Shown here one piece after another: positions 40,614 through 48,533 of a stretch of DNA of 64,000 bases (positions within the stretch are counted from its first letter, which is position 1; each line of letters starts with the position of its first letter). The position numbers were made by a program, and so were the translations under genes. This stretch comes from a bacterium (lineage in GTDB: Bacteria; Patescibacteriota; Minisyncoccia; Phycocordibacterales; UBA9973): the NCBI GenBank assembly GCA_037143195.1, contig JBAWZD010000001.1:144892-208891 (forward strand). The letters are read 5' to 3'. The notes beneath the pieces were generated by a model. It saw only the letters and a list, made by a program, of their open reading frames with translations, was not told where the DNA came from and searched no databases.

Positions 40614-40651
40614 AAAAATCCCTTCCGAGATTTTTACGGATAGGGATTTTT
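40614..40651 (+). terminator. Bidirectional intrinsic terminator after murF
   Basis: aaaaatccct-(18-nt loop with an inner tccg/cgga stem)-agggattttt. Confidence 0.7.
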
Positions 40652-40654
40652 GAT

Positions 40655-41188
40655 TTAGTTTAAACGGATTAATTGCCCGTTTACAAAGGTTGTTTCTCCG
40701 GGCGTCATTGTCGTGCCGCGAAGATATAAAACTTTAATTTTTGTTTTGAACGACGTCGGTGTCGACGACGTTTTTAATAAATCTCCAAATACGTCCATGC
40801 TTACGTACGTGTTTGGGGTTATGCGAAACTGTGACCATGTCAGGTTTGAAACCGGTGTTATTCCGGTTGTTATACCTATTGTGTCATAGCAGTCTGGCAC
40901 CGCGTAGGCGGTGCCGTAGTAGCGACCGTAGCCGTAGCCACGAAAACGCAAATTTGAGAACAACACGTGGAAACTATCAGCTTCCAGTCCAGAGATAATG
41001 TTGCATACGACGATGGTGTCTGTCGTAGCATTCAGGATTCTAAACGACCCAATTTTTTCGTTCGTTACTGTTGGTCCAGTAACAGTTTGGGTTGTATATG
41101 TCATATTCTGAACGACATATATTTGTGCAGATGCCGGAGCAAGCTCAACAGCTATAAGCAAAACAAGTAACAAAAACATTTTTTTCAT
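40655..41188 (-). CDS. Hypothetical secreted protein
   Basis: Signal peptide 'MKKMFLLLVLLIAVELAPASA'. Thr-rich. GYGYGRYYG motif. Confidence 0.5.
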   Translation of the reverse strand: MKKMFLLLVLLIAVELAPASAQIYVVQNMTYTTQTVTGPTVTNEKIGSFRILNATTDTIVVCNIISGLEADSFHVLFSNLRFRGYGYGRYYGTAYAVPDCYDTIGITTGITPVSNLTWSQFRITPNTYVSMDVFGDLLKTSSTPTSFKTKIKVLYLRGTTMTPGETTFVNGQLIRLN

Positions 41189-41246
41189 AAAAGTACTATT
41201 TTGGTTTTGCAACATTATACATAAATATTTAAAAACGTCAAGTATG

Positions 41247-41303
41247 CGTAATGGTTCAATACCTTAAACCACTGGGGTGATTCCAAGGTATTGAACCATT
41301 ACG
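41247..41303 (+). repeat. Perfect 19-bp inverted repeat with a 19-nt spacer
   Basis: cgtaatggttcaatacctt (41247-41265) and aaggtattgaaccattacg (41285-41303). It lies in a divergent promoter region just upstream of TTGATT-16-TGgTATAGT. Confidence 0.6.
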
Positions 41304-41369
41304 GTACATTGATTAATTTCTAATTTATGGTATAGTAAAAAAAATTTCTTTGAAAAACCAATGGATTAA

Positions 41370-41420
41370 TTTGATTGGTGACCCGAGCGACTGTATGGGC
41401 TGTTGGGGTCACCAATCAAA
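41370..41420 (+). repeat. Perfect 15-bp inverted repeat with a 21-nt spacer
   Basis: tttgattggtgaccc (41370-41384) and gggtcaccaatcaaa (41406-41420). It lies between the promoter and the likely ATG at 41428. Confidence 0.6.
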
Positions 41421-41427
41421 CAAACAC

Positions 41428-42138
41428 ATGACAAAGAGAAATGTTCTCATCACAGTTATTTCAGTGACCATCTTCAGTGCAATTAGTTACTATGTAAGCA
41501 CAACAATTCTAGAGCAGGATTTTAGTATTTGGATCATTGGTACGGGGTTCGTACTTGGATTGGTTTATGCCTTGGCAGTAGTAACCTTTTTAAATTTCAA
41601 AAAGGAAAAAAAAGAATTGGGTAGGTACAAAAAGCTTGAGTCTGAATACAAGCTCAGCCGATTAAGTAACCAAGATTTGCTTGAAAAATTGCTACCTGAA
41701 CTTTTTCGGGACAAGGAAAAAGTGAATGTGGTTGTAACCTCGAATTACCAAAATAAAATGACGAAACACATAATCGTTGCTGGTTTGGTCGGGTCACAAC
41801 TCATCGAGCCTAGGAAAATTCAGGGCGAGACTGAAAGAATCTTTTCCAACCTTGAAACATATGTTGATATGAGTCTCCCGACTTATGTCTTCATTCAAAT
41901 CGGAAAAGACTGCTTTGGGTACGGTATCCAAACGGTTCTTCGGGGCCTCAAACGCAATTATCCAAAAGTTGAAATTTATGTGATGTGTTCCAATTTTTAT
42001 TGGGATCACAAAAGTAGGGGTATAGAGCAGCTCATTCACGAAGGTACTGTCAACAAGCAAAAAATTGCTGACAGTGTCGGCCTCTTATTTTTGGGAGAAA
42101 AGATGATTGCTGTAATCAGTCAATCATTAAAAAATTAA
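41428..42138 (+). CDS. Hypothetical membrane-tethered protein with a cytoplasmic alpha/beta (Rossmann-like) domain. AT-rich.
   Basis: Two N-terminal TM helices, then 'KVNVVVTSNYQNKMTKHIIVAGLVG...'. The start is taken at ATG 41428 because the 41350 start of the ORF track is a TTG codon spanning the palindromes. Confidence 0.45.
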   Translation: MTKRNVLITVISVTIFSAISYYVSTTILEQDFSIWIIGTGFVLGLVYALAVVTFLNFKKEKKELGRYKKLESEYKLSRLSNQDLLEKLLPELFRDKEKVNVVVTSNYQNKMTKHIIVAGLVGSQLIEPRKIQGETERIFSNLETYVDMSLPTYVFIQIGKDCFGYGIQTVLRGLKRNYPKVEIYVMCSNFYWDHKSRGIEQLIHEGTVNKQKIADSVGLLFLGEKMIAVISQSLKN

Positions 42139-42144
42139 AACGCA

Positions 42145-42176
42145 AAGACCACTTGAGAGATCATCTCGGTGGTCTT
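42145..42176 (+). terminator. Bidirectional terminator between convergent genes
   Basis: aagaccac...gtggtctt stem with an inner gagat/atctc stem. It encloses the stop codon of the LysE-family gene. Confidence 0.5.
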
Positions 42177-42724
42177 TCTTGTTTGGAACTGAAATTGTTG
42201 ATACATCTCGCGGTGCCGTATCCAATAAGGAGAACTCCGACAATTACATTCAGTATGCTGACTAGCAAGGAGGGGATTCTTCCTCGCAGGAAAGAAAACA
42301 ATAGTACGGCCGTTCCCAAAAAAATGAGTGTCATACACCCACTTCCGAGACCAAAGATAATTAATTCCTTCTTTGTATAATTATATTCAATTGTCTTTGC
42401 AGTAAAAATACTTGCGAAAAATACGATAGTCAACGGACTCGAAAGCGTTAAGAAAAAAACAGATACATAACTCGAGAATAGGTTTGTTGTGTGTGTGGCC
42501 ACCACAGACGCAACATGTTCCATGAAGACAGATTTGAGGATAAATAAGCCGAACACAATCAGCACGAGGGAACTCGTGATCCCAAATATTTTTTTAAACT
42601 TTATATTTTCCAACAATTTTCCGACACCAAAAATCGCGAGAGTAATATAAATATAATCAACAGTCGTTGCAGCCAGAGCGCCCATCAAGCCATCAAGAGC
42701 TGTCCTCTTGAGAGTCAAATCCAA
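42161..42724 (-). CDS. LysE/RhtB-family amino-acid exporter
   Basis: Six TM helices and the length and profile of LysE-type translocators. AT-rich. Confidence 0.65.
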   Translation of the reverse strand: MDLTLKRTALDGLMGALAATTVDYIYITLAIFGVGKLLENIKFKKIFGITSSLVLIVFGLFILKSVFMEHVASVVATHTTNLFSSYVSVFFLTLSSPLTIVFFASIFTAKTIEYNYTKKELIIFGLGSGCMTLIFLGTAVLLFSFLRGRIPSLLVSILNVIVGVLLIGYGTARCINNFSSKQERPPR

Positions 42725-43037
42725 ACGAAGTTATAAGAGCTGAGCTTGAAAATCAAATCAATTCATTGCAGGAGCAAATTGTTTCGTCACAGGAGGCGAG
42801 AAATAATTTCGAGGTACAAGAAAACGACATTCATACGTTTTTGAAGTACGTAAAATATTTAATGGAACACCCGGTGGAAAGGCTTATAAAACAAAAGGAT
42901 TTATCCGTTTTGAAGAGTTTATTTACTTTAGTATTCGACGAATTGCCACTCTATACTGAAATTGTTAGTGGAACACCCAAATTATCTTTACCCTATAAGC
43001 TATCTGAAGAATTTAAGGTCAACAAAGACCTGATTGT

Positions 43038-43108
43038 GACTCTACGGGGAATCGAACCCCGATTACAGCCTTGAGAAGGCCGTGTCCTAACCGTTAGACG
43101 ATAGAGCC
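43038..43108 (-). tRNA. tRNA-Glu (anticodon CUC)
   Basis: The reverse complement folds as a cloverleaf with acceptor GGCTCTA/TAGAGTC, anticodon loop TTCTCAA and T-loop GGTTCGATTCC. Confidence 0.8.
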
Positions 43109-43223
43109 GATGAAAACGGCTCGAAAATCATAGCATTTTTTCTCACTTTCGTAAATAGACCGCTTGACTCGTGTGCTATACTTCAAATAGGAAGAAATCA
43201 TTATTAGTTAATTGATTTATTTT

Positions 43224-43463
43224 ATGCACAAAGTTACTGTCTACTCAACGCCATCGTGTCACTTCTGCCATATGGCCAAAGATTATTTTAAGGAAAAAGG
43301 AGTCGAGTTCACCGATATCGACGTCGCCGCTGATCCTGCAAAGCGCAAGGAAATGGTCGACCTCACCAAACAGCTCGGTGTGCCAGTCATTCGTATCGAC
43401 GATTCTTTTGTCGTTGGATTCAACAAGCCACGACTCATGGAACTCCTCGGACTGTCCGACTAA
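43224..43463 (+). CDS. Glutaredoxin-like (NrdH/YruB-type) thiol-disulfide protein
   Basis: 'VYSTPSCHFCHMAKDYF' CxxC in a thioredoxin fold of about 80 aa. TGcTATACT promoter and AGGAAG Shine-Dalgarno upstream. Confidence 0.75.
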   Translation: MHKVTVYSTPSCHFCHMAKDYFKEKGVEFTDIDVAADPAKRKEMVDLTKQLGVPVIRIDDSFVVGFNKPRLMELLGLSD

Positions 43464-43485
43464 TCAGAAATCATGTATGCTAAGG

Positions 43486-43507
43486 GCACCCTTCGGGGTG
43501 TTTTTTG
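43486..43507 (+). terminator. Intrinsic terminator (caccc-ttcg-gggtg followed by ttttttg)
   Basis: A UUCG-loop hairpin with a 6-T tract after the glutaredoxin gene. Confidence 0.7.
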
Positions 43508-43517
43508 CTGTCGCTTC

Positions 43518-43589
43518 GCCCTTGTAGTTCAATGGATAGAACAGTCCCGTCCTAAGGGATAGATGTCGGTCCGATTCCGGCCGAGGGCA
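43518..43589 (+). tRNA. tRNA-Arg (anticodon CCU), with C instead of U at position 55
   Basis: Cloverleaf: acceptor GCCCTTG/CGAGGGC, D-loop AATGGATA, anticodon loop GTCCTAA, T-arm GTCGG-TCCGATT-CCGGC with G53-C61 present. Position 55 is C. Confidence 0.7.
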
Positions 43590-43615
43590 CCGTACATAAA
43601 ATACGTAACCACGTA

Positions 43616-43739
43616 TTGCAAAATGTCTTCACAGACGCTAGTATATGTGTGGTGCTTGTGAGGTCTATGGATCTCTCGCGGTTCAAATTAAACTGCAGAC
43701 AAGTACCACGAAAACACCGCCAATTGTGGCGGTTTTTTC
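43616..43739 (+). ncRNA. Candidate small RNA: promoter TTGCAA-17-TAGTAT (43616-43644), then an intrinsic terminator at 43715-43739 (accgcc-aattgt-ggcggt followed by tttttt)
   Basis: A good sigma70-like promoter and a strong + strand terminator bracket a segment of about 88 nt (43651-43739) with no ORF. The terminator also sits downstream of the minus-strand gene 43744..44229. Confidence 0.3.
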
Positions 43740-43743
43740 GTAC

Positions 43744-44229
43744 CTAATCTTTTTCAGGGTTACCACTATGTATGATTCTTTCACCGGTGTTTTTGTCGCT
43801 TCCCCAGAATGGAATAATACTTAAAAAATGTTTTTCGGAACCCTCAACTTGCTTAACGACTACTTTCACACGAACTTTTGAATCGTGTGAGTCCATCACA
43901 GCGATGAATTCGTAGTAGGAAACGACGCGCAGGACCTTCTCCCATTTTTGGTTCCTGCGGATACGTTCAATCTTTTGTGTACGCCAGTAACCTTGGAGTG
44001 TTTTTGAGTTTTGAATTATGGCAGATGCGAGCTTGAGATGACGAAAACGGCTAAATTGGTCTTCGATCGGACGGGTTTTGTTATATCCTTTAAAAATAAG
44101 GTGTTCCAATCCTTTTGCATTAAAATGTACATCTTCAGCGAAATACGGACATCGAATTTTGTCGATACTGTTGTAAAAATCTTCAGCACTGTGTTTCATC
44201 TGATTAAATTGTTCAATTGAAAACTGCAT
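43744..44229 (-). CDS. Hypothetical protein (161 aa) in a tRNA-flanked island
   Basis: Intact ORF 'MQFSIEQFNQMKHSAEDFYNSIDKIRCPYF...' with no recognisable domain. Confidence 0.4.
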   Translation of the reverse strand: MQFSIEQFNQMKHSAEDFYNSIDKIRCPYFAEDVHFNAKGLEHLIFKGYNKTRPIEDQFSRFRHLKLASAIIQNSKTLQGYWRTQKIERIRRNQKWEKVLRVVSYYEFIAVMDSHDSKVRVKVVVKQVEGSEKHFLSIIPFWGSDKNTGERIIHSGNPEKD

Positions 44230-44317
44230 TATGTATAGTATATCCAAGTTATACGGTAGGTGACAAGCCTGCATGTGCTATTTGAGAATCGAGTAGAATT
44301 GTGTTACAGTACGTGAC

Positions 44318-44608
44318 ATGGACGCCGATGACAAGAAAAAACTCGACCGCATACTTGAACTCGCGGAAGAGAACAATCAATACATTCGGAAGGTCCGTAG
44401 TTCACAAAAGACGTCTCAAATGATCAAGGCGATCTATTGGGTCGTGATAATCACGTTTGTGCTTGGAGGGTTTTACTATGTACAACCATACTTCAAGACA
44501 CTCACGGGGATCTACTCTGCAACGACAGGGAAGTCAGCGAATTTCCAATTCTCTGATACCGCCCAAATTCAGGGTCTTCTCCAGCAGTTTAAAGGCCAAA
44601 TTAAATAA
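44318..44608 (+). CDS. Hypothetical small membrane protein (96 aa)
   Basis: One TM helix 'AIYWVVIITFVLGGFYYV'. Confidence 0.4.
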   Translation: MDADDKKKLDRILELAEENNQYIRKVRSSQKTSQMIKAIYWVVIITFVLGGFYYVQPYFKTLTGIYSATTGKSANFQFSDTAQIQGLLQQFKGQIK

Positions 44609-44614
44609 AACCAT

Positions 44615-44687
44615 GCCGAAGTAGCTCAGTTGGTAGAGCGCTCCCCTGAAGAGGGATAGGTCACCAGTTCGACCCTGGTCTTCGGCA
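44615..44687 (+). tRNA. tRNA-Phe (anticodon GAA)
   Basis: Acceptor GCCGAAG/CTTCGGC, D-arm TAGCTCAGTTGGTAGAGC, anticodon loop CTGAAGA, T-loop TTCGACC. Confidence 0.85.
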
Positions 44688-44761
44688 CAACATACCACTA
44701 AAACTTGCACAAATTAGCTTTTTGTGTTGTTTTGGTGTATATTGGTGTCAAACCAAAGATT

Positions 44762-45184
44762 ATGCTATTAAAAACTTTCGGAATCATGGATTCCTCAAAA
44801 ATGTACGGACAGCGGTTCGTGGAAAAAATAACAGAACTGCAACAAGAATTCCCTGGTAAACGCATTGTGGTTTACCATGATAAGATTTCTCCGGTCATCG
44901 CCGAGTGCGACGGTGTTCTCGTTTGCCAGTTGCCAAAGGAGATAATTACAAATATTGGGAGTCAGGTTATACTTACCCAAGATTTGGAGAAATTATGGCT
45001 TTTTTCAAATGATATTGTAGTGCTATATCTCAATAGCACTCATGTCCTCGAAGGCAGGAAAGTCTCCTGCCGAGAACACATGCAAATCAAAATTTGCACA
45101 CTTCTTAATATGCAGAAGCATGCTGAGGATAAATGGAGAGACAAGATTGCAATGTATGAATCCGGGAAGCCATTCTGGATTTAA
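44762..45184 (+). CDS. Hypothetical protein (140 aa)
   Basis: Intact ORF. The start is taken at MLLKTFGIMD. A terminator follows. Confidence 0.4.
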   Translation: MLLKTFGIMDSSKMYGQRFVEKITELQQEFPGKRIVVYHDKISPVIAECDGVLVCQLPKEIITNIGSQVILTQDLEKLWLFSNDIVVLYLNSTHVLEGRKVSCREHMQIKICTLLNMQKHAEDKWRDKIAMYESGKPFWI

Positions 45185-45190
45185 ATTAAG

Positions 45191-45225
45191 AAACGACCAG
45201 CTTCACATCGGAGCTGGTCGTTTTT
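45191..45225 (+). terminator. Intrinsic terminator (aaacgaccagct-loop-agctggtcgttt followed by tt)
   Basis: A 12-bp perfect stem with a T-tract. Confidence 0.75.
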
Positions 45226-45257
45226 GCATTTGGGCTGTCCAATGTATACTAGACGGC

Positions 45258-46097
45258 ATGATTGAAGGAGAAATACATCCTCTCGCGACGCCACCGAAAT
45301 CTAAAAAAATCGGGCGTAGACTGAAGCAAGCGGTACTTGTGACTGCTGCGACTGTGCTTCCTGTCGCTCTTGGCAAAGAAAAAATTCCGCATAACACGTC
45401 GTTTGGTTCAGAAAAAATAATTGAACGAAACGCACAGTTTGATACGAAAGCTCCGCGTTTGGTCCCTATAGAAGAGCTTCCACGTCAAATTGAACTCAGC
45501 CCTGATACTCTGCGTACGAATGATACGAATGCTCCGCAGCAAAGTGCTGCGATTGATACGGTGCGATCTGATATTCAAAAAACATTTACGACACATTCAG
45601 AAGAGCGAGCAGTGCCGACTTCGCTTGAGAAAAAACAGATTGAAGTTAGCGTTGATACGCTTGAGCGATATATTCGCGATATTGTGAATGAAGGTTTGAA
45701 AAACGCCGAGAAAGAAGTGAAGTATGACGCCAAGGGAAAGGTCATAAAAAAAGACGTAATAACGACGCTACACTCACTCAATATTACAAAGCAGGGAGAT
45801 GTCTTGAGCTGTAGTGCTCTTTTGAAAGCAAAGAAAGGATTTTTTCTTACGTTCGATATCAAAGTGAAAGGGGAATTGTTTAATACGGATGGAGGTGTTG
45901 CGCTTGGTAATCCTGACATACATGCTCGCACCGAAGGTATTGCTCGACAAGCAGAGGAACAAATCATGCCTGTGTGGGACACAATCATGCCGATGCTCGG
46001 AATGAGACTCGCGCGTGAGCACAAGGCTGAAGGGAAATCGAAAACGACGGTTGGTGGAAGTGGTTTGAAATATGAATTTGCCACAAAGAAGGAGTAG
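45258..46097 (+). CDS. Hypothetical membrane-anchored or secreted protein (279 aa)
   Basis: The start is the ATG at 45258, 7 nt after TGtTATACT. Hydrophobic segment 'AVLVTAATVLPVAL'. The part of the ORF track upstream of 45258 overlaps the terminator. Confidence 0.5.
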   Translation: MIEGEIHPLATPPKSKKIGRRLKQAVLVTAATVLPVALGKEKIPHNTSFGSEKIIERNAQFDTKAPRLVPIEELPRQIELSPDTLRTNDTNAPQQSAAIDTVRSDIQKTFTTHSEERAVPTSLEKKQIEVSVDTLERYIRDIVNEGLKNAEKEVKYDAKGKVIKKDVITTLHSLNITKQGDVLSCSALLKAKKGFFLTFDIKVKGELFNTDGGVALGNPDIHARTEGIARQAEEQIMPVWDTIMPMLGMRLAREHKAEGKSKTTVGGSGLKYEFATKKE

Positions 46098-46142
46098 CCC
46101 GCGGGCACTATCGTTTTTTTGTTTTTTTGCTACAATACGCGC

Positions 46143-47165
46143 ATGAATAAAACACGCGTAGCAATCAACGGATTCGGTCGTATTGGCCGAGCATTTTTAA
46201 AAGTAGCTTGGGAGAAACCTGAATTAGAAATCGTCGCTGTAAACGATCTCGGTTCGATCGAGGCGCTTACATACCTTTTGAAATACGACACAGTGTATCA
46301 TCGCTGGAACCATGAGGTGAAGCATGATGGCAAAGACATTTGGATTGATGGCAAACAGGTTCACTTCATTTCAGAAAAGGATACCACCAAGCTTCCATGG
46401 AAGGATTTGAATGTTGACGTTGTTGTTGAATCGACTGGTCTCTTTACTGCATTTGAGAAATGTAAATTCCATCTTGATGACGGTGCGAAGAAAGTTGTCA
46501 TCTCGGCTCCTTCAAAAGGTGATGGATCATTCCCTGGTGAGACTATTCTCCTTGGTGTGAACGAAGAGAAATTTGGTACGTGTGATATCACTTCGAATGC
46601 ATCATGTACGACCAATGCGGCTTCGCCGCTCATCGGTATCCTCGATGCTGCAATCGGTATCGAGAAAGCAGTACTTTCAACGACACACGCATACACCGGT
46701 ACTCAGGCTATCGTTGATGGACCAAGCAAAAAAGATTTGCGTGAGGGCCGCGCAGCGGCCCAGAACATTGTGCCAAGTTCAACCGGCGCTGCTATCGCCG
46801 TTGCAAAAGCATATCCGCAACTCGAAGGACTCTTTGACGGTATCTCACTTCGCGTGCCGGTACCTGCAGGTTCAATCGTTGATATTACATTCATCGCAAA
46901 GCGCCCAACGACAGTCGAAGAAGTAAACACTATTCTCCGCACCGCAGCGAAAGATCCAAAATGGTCCGCAATCTTCGATGCAAGTGACGAGCCACTCGTC
47001 TCAAGTGACATTCTCGGTGAATCACACGCATCCATAGCCGACCTCGCCATGACTCGTGTCATCGGAGGCAACCTCGTCAAAGTTCTCGGCTGGTACGACA
47101 ACGAAATGGGGTACACGCACACACTCGTCGACCATGTCATCAAGACTGGAAAGACAATCAAGTAA
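46143..47165 (+). CDS. gap: Glyceraldehyde-3-phosphate dehydrogenase (type I)
   Basis: 'RVAINGFGRIGR' and the catalytic 'SNASCTTNA'. The start is ATG 46143, 6 nt after TGcTACAAT. Confidence 0.95.
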   Translation: MNKTRVAINGFGRIGRAFLKVAWEKPELEIVAVNDLGSIEALTYLLKYDTVYHRWNHEVKHDGKDIWIDGKQVHFISEKDTTKLPWKDLNVDVVVESTGLFTAFEKCKFHLDDGAKKVVISAPSKGDGSFPGETILLGVNEEKFGTCDITSNASCTTNAASPLIGILDAAIGIEKAVLSTTHAYTGTQAIVDGPSKKDLREGRAAAQNIVPSSTGAAIAVAKAYPQLEGLFDGISLRVPVPAGSIVDITFIAKRPTTVEEVNTILRTAAKDPKWSAIFDASDEPLVSSDILGESHASIADLAMTRVIGGNLVKVLGWYDNEMGYTHTLVDHVIKTGKTIK

Positions 47166-47168
47166 CCT

Positions 47169-48038
47169 ATGCCCCCACGAGAATCATTTGATCTAAATAA
47201 GAAGTCAGATGAGCAAAATAAGCAAAATGAGGGTTCTTGGCTTGGGCGAAATACTCGCAAGCTTGTTGCCGGAGTTGCACTCACGGCACTTTCTCTTACT
47301 CCACACGAGTCACGTGCTCAAAAAAGTTATTCTGAAAAAGATACAGCACTGCATCCGAGGACTGAATGGGCGTATCAAGATGGCAAAGATTTTGCTACTC
47401 ACAATTCTCAAAAATATCCTGGATTTGTTGAACATTTCACGCGTAATATTTATAAAGGTAGTAAGGACACGAATTCATACTCATTTGCTACCTATACGAC
47501 AGAGGATCAATTACCGATTGATCCTCCCGAAGTAACAAAACTAAAGCTTGCACAAAAGGAAACCGAAGCGTCGTTTTATGCGAATCCGGAAGTGTGGGCG
47601 AAACAGCAAGTTGAATTCCAGAAAACTCCTGCATTTCGACAAAAAGTGGACACAGAATACATTCAGGGTCTTGATGAAAAAATAAAAGAACTTGAGTTTA
47701 AGGTGTCGATTTTTGGTTCAAACAGCACTGACCATTTTACGGAAGGTAATATGGTAAAAAAAGATTCAAGTGATGTGTATGAGTTAAAGAATCAGAAACC
47801 CGTCGAAGTCAAGCGAACTGATGAAATACGAGAGATGAAGGAACTTCGCGATCGTTATCTTAAGAATCGAAAAGAAATTTTGGATAAAGAAGTAGCGAAC
47901 GAAACAAAAACCTACGAACAGCTTGTTGGAATTGCAGAAATGAAACAGCAAGCGCTTCAAGAAGAAATAAAGGATCTTAGTGAGAATTATCAAAATACGC
48001 TAAAATATATTCAGGACCACACGAAAGTAAAAAAATAA
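47169..48038 (+). CDS. Hypothetical secreted coiled-coil protein
   Basis: Signal peptide 'LVAGVALTALSLTPHESRA' and a Lys/Glu-rich helical C-terminal half. Confidence 0.5.
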   Translation: MPPRESFDLNKKSDEQNKQNEGSWLGRNTRKLVAGVALTALSLTPHESRAQKSYSEKDTALHPRTEWAYQDGKDFATHNSQKYPGFVEHFTRNIYKGSKDTNSYSFATYTTEDQLPIDPPEVTKLKLAQKETEASFYANPEVWAKQQVEFQKTPAFRQKVDTEYIQGLDEKIKELEFKVSIFGSNSTDHFTEGNMVKKDSSDVYELKNQKPVEVKRTDEIREMKELRDRYLKNRKEILDKEVANETKTYEQLVGIAEMKQQALQEEIKDLSENYQNTLKYIQDHTKVKK

Positions 48039-48041
48039 TTT

Positions 48042-48530
48042 ATGAAAATTTATATCGCCACAGATCATGCAGGGTTTGAACTGAAGGAAACACTCAAGGC
48101 ATACTTGGGTACTTTGGGGCACGACGTTGTCGACAAAGGGGCATTTACCTTTGATGCACAGGATGACTATCCTGACTTTGTTCGCCCATGTGCTGAAGCA
48201 GTTGCGGCAGATACTGAGAGTCTTGGTGTCGTGCTCGGCGGGTCTGGTCAGGGCGAGGCCATGTGTGCCAATCGCGTGAAGGGGATTCGGGCAGCGGTAT
48301 TTTATGGACCGATGCTTCCGGTCGGTGCGACGGATGTGAGTGGACGTGAGTCCACGGATCCGTTTGAATTGATCACGCTCGCACGTGAACACAACAATGC
48401 AAACATCTTGTCGCTTGGTTCTCGATTTCTTACCGAAGAAAATGCCAAAACCGCAGTGAAGCTCTTCGTCGAAGGAGTGTTTCCAAAAGCCGAACGAAAT
48501 GTTCGTCGCATTACCAAACTTGATCTCTAA
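48042..48530 (+). CDS. rpiB: Ribose-5-phosphate isomerase B (RpiB/LacAB family)
   Basis: 'MKIYIATDHAGFELK' and 'GSGQGEAMCANR'. Confidence 0.9.
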   Translation: MKIYIATDHAGFELKETLKAYLGTLGHDVVDKGAFTFDAQDDYPDFVRPCAEAVAADTESLGVVLGGSGQGEAMCANRVKGIRAAVFYGPMLPVGATDVSGRESTDPFELITLAREHNNANILSLGSRFLTEENAKTAVKLFVEGVFPKAERNVRRITKLDL

Positions 48531-48533
48531 TCT

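Noticed and set aside
41350-41427. N-terminal extension of the 41428 gene from the ORF track (MKNQWINLIGDPSDCMGCWGH...)
   Set aside because: It begins with a TTG codon and runs straight through the perfect 15-bp palindrome. The downstream ATG at 41428 is the more plausible start.
42766-43074. 102-aa + strand ORF overlapping tRNA-Glu
   Set aside because: Its 3' end is the antisense of the tRNA (…RGIEPRLQP is a typical tRNA-antisense artifact). Only the upstream part is discussed, as a possible gene remnant.
45042-45257. Upstream extension of the 45258 gene (ORF track start at 45042)
   Set aside because: It overlaps the preceding gene and its intrinsic terminator. The ATG at 45258 follows an extended -10 at the leaderless spacing.
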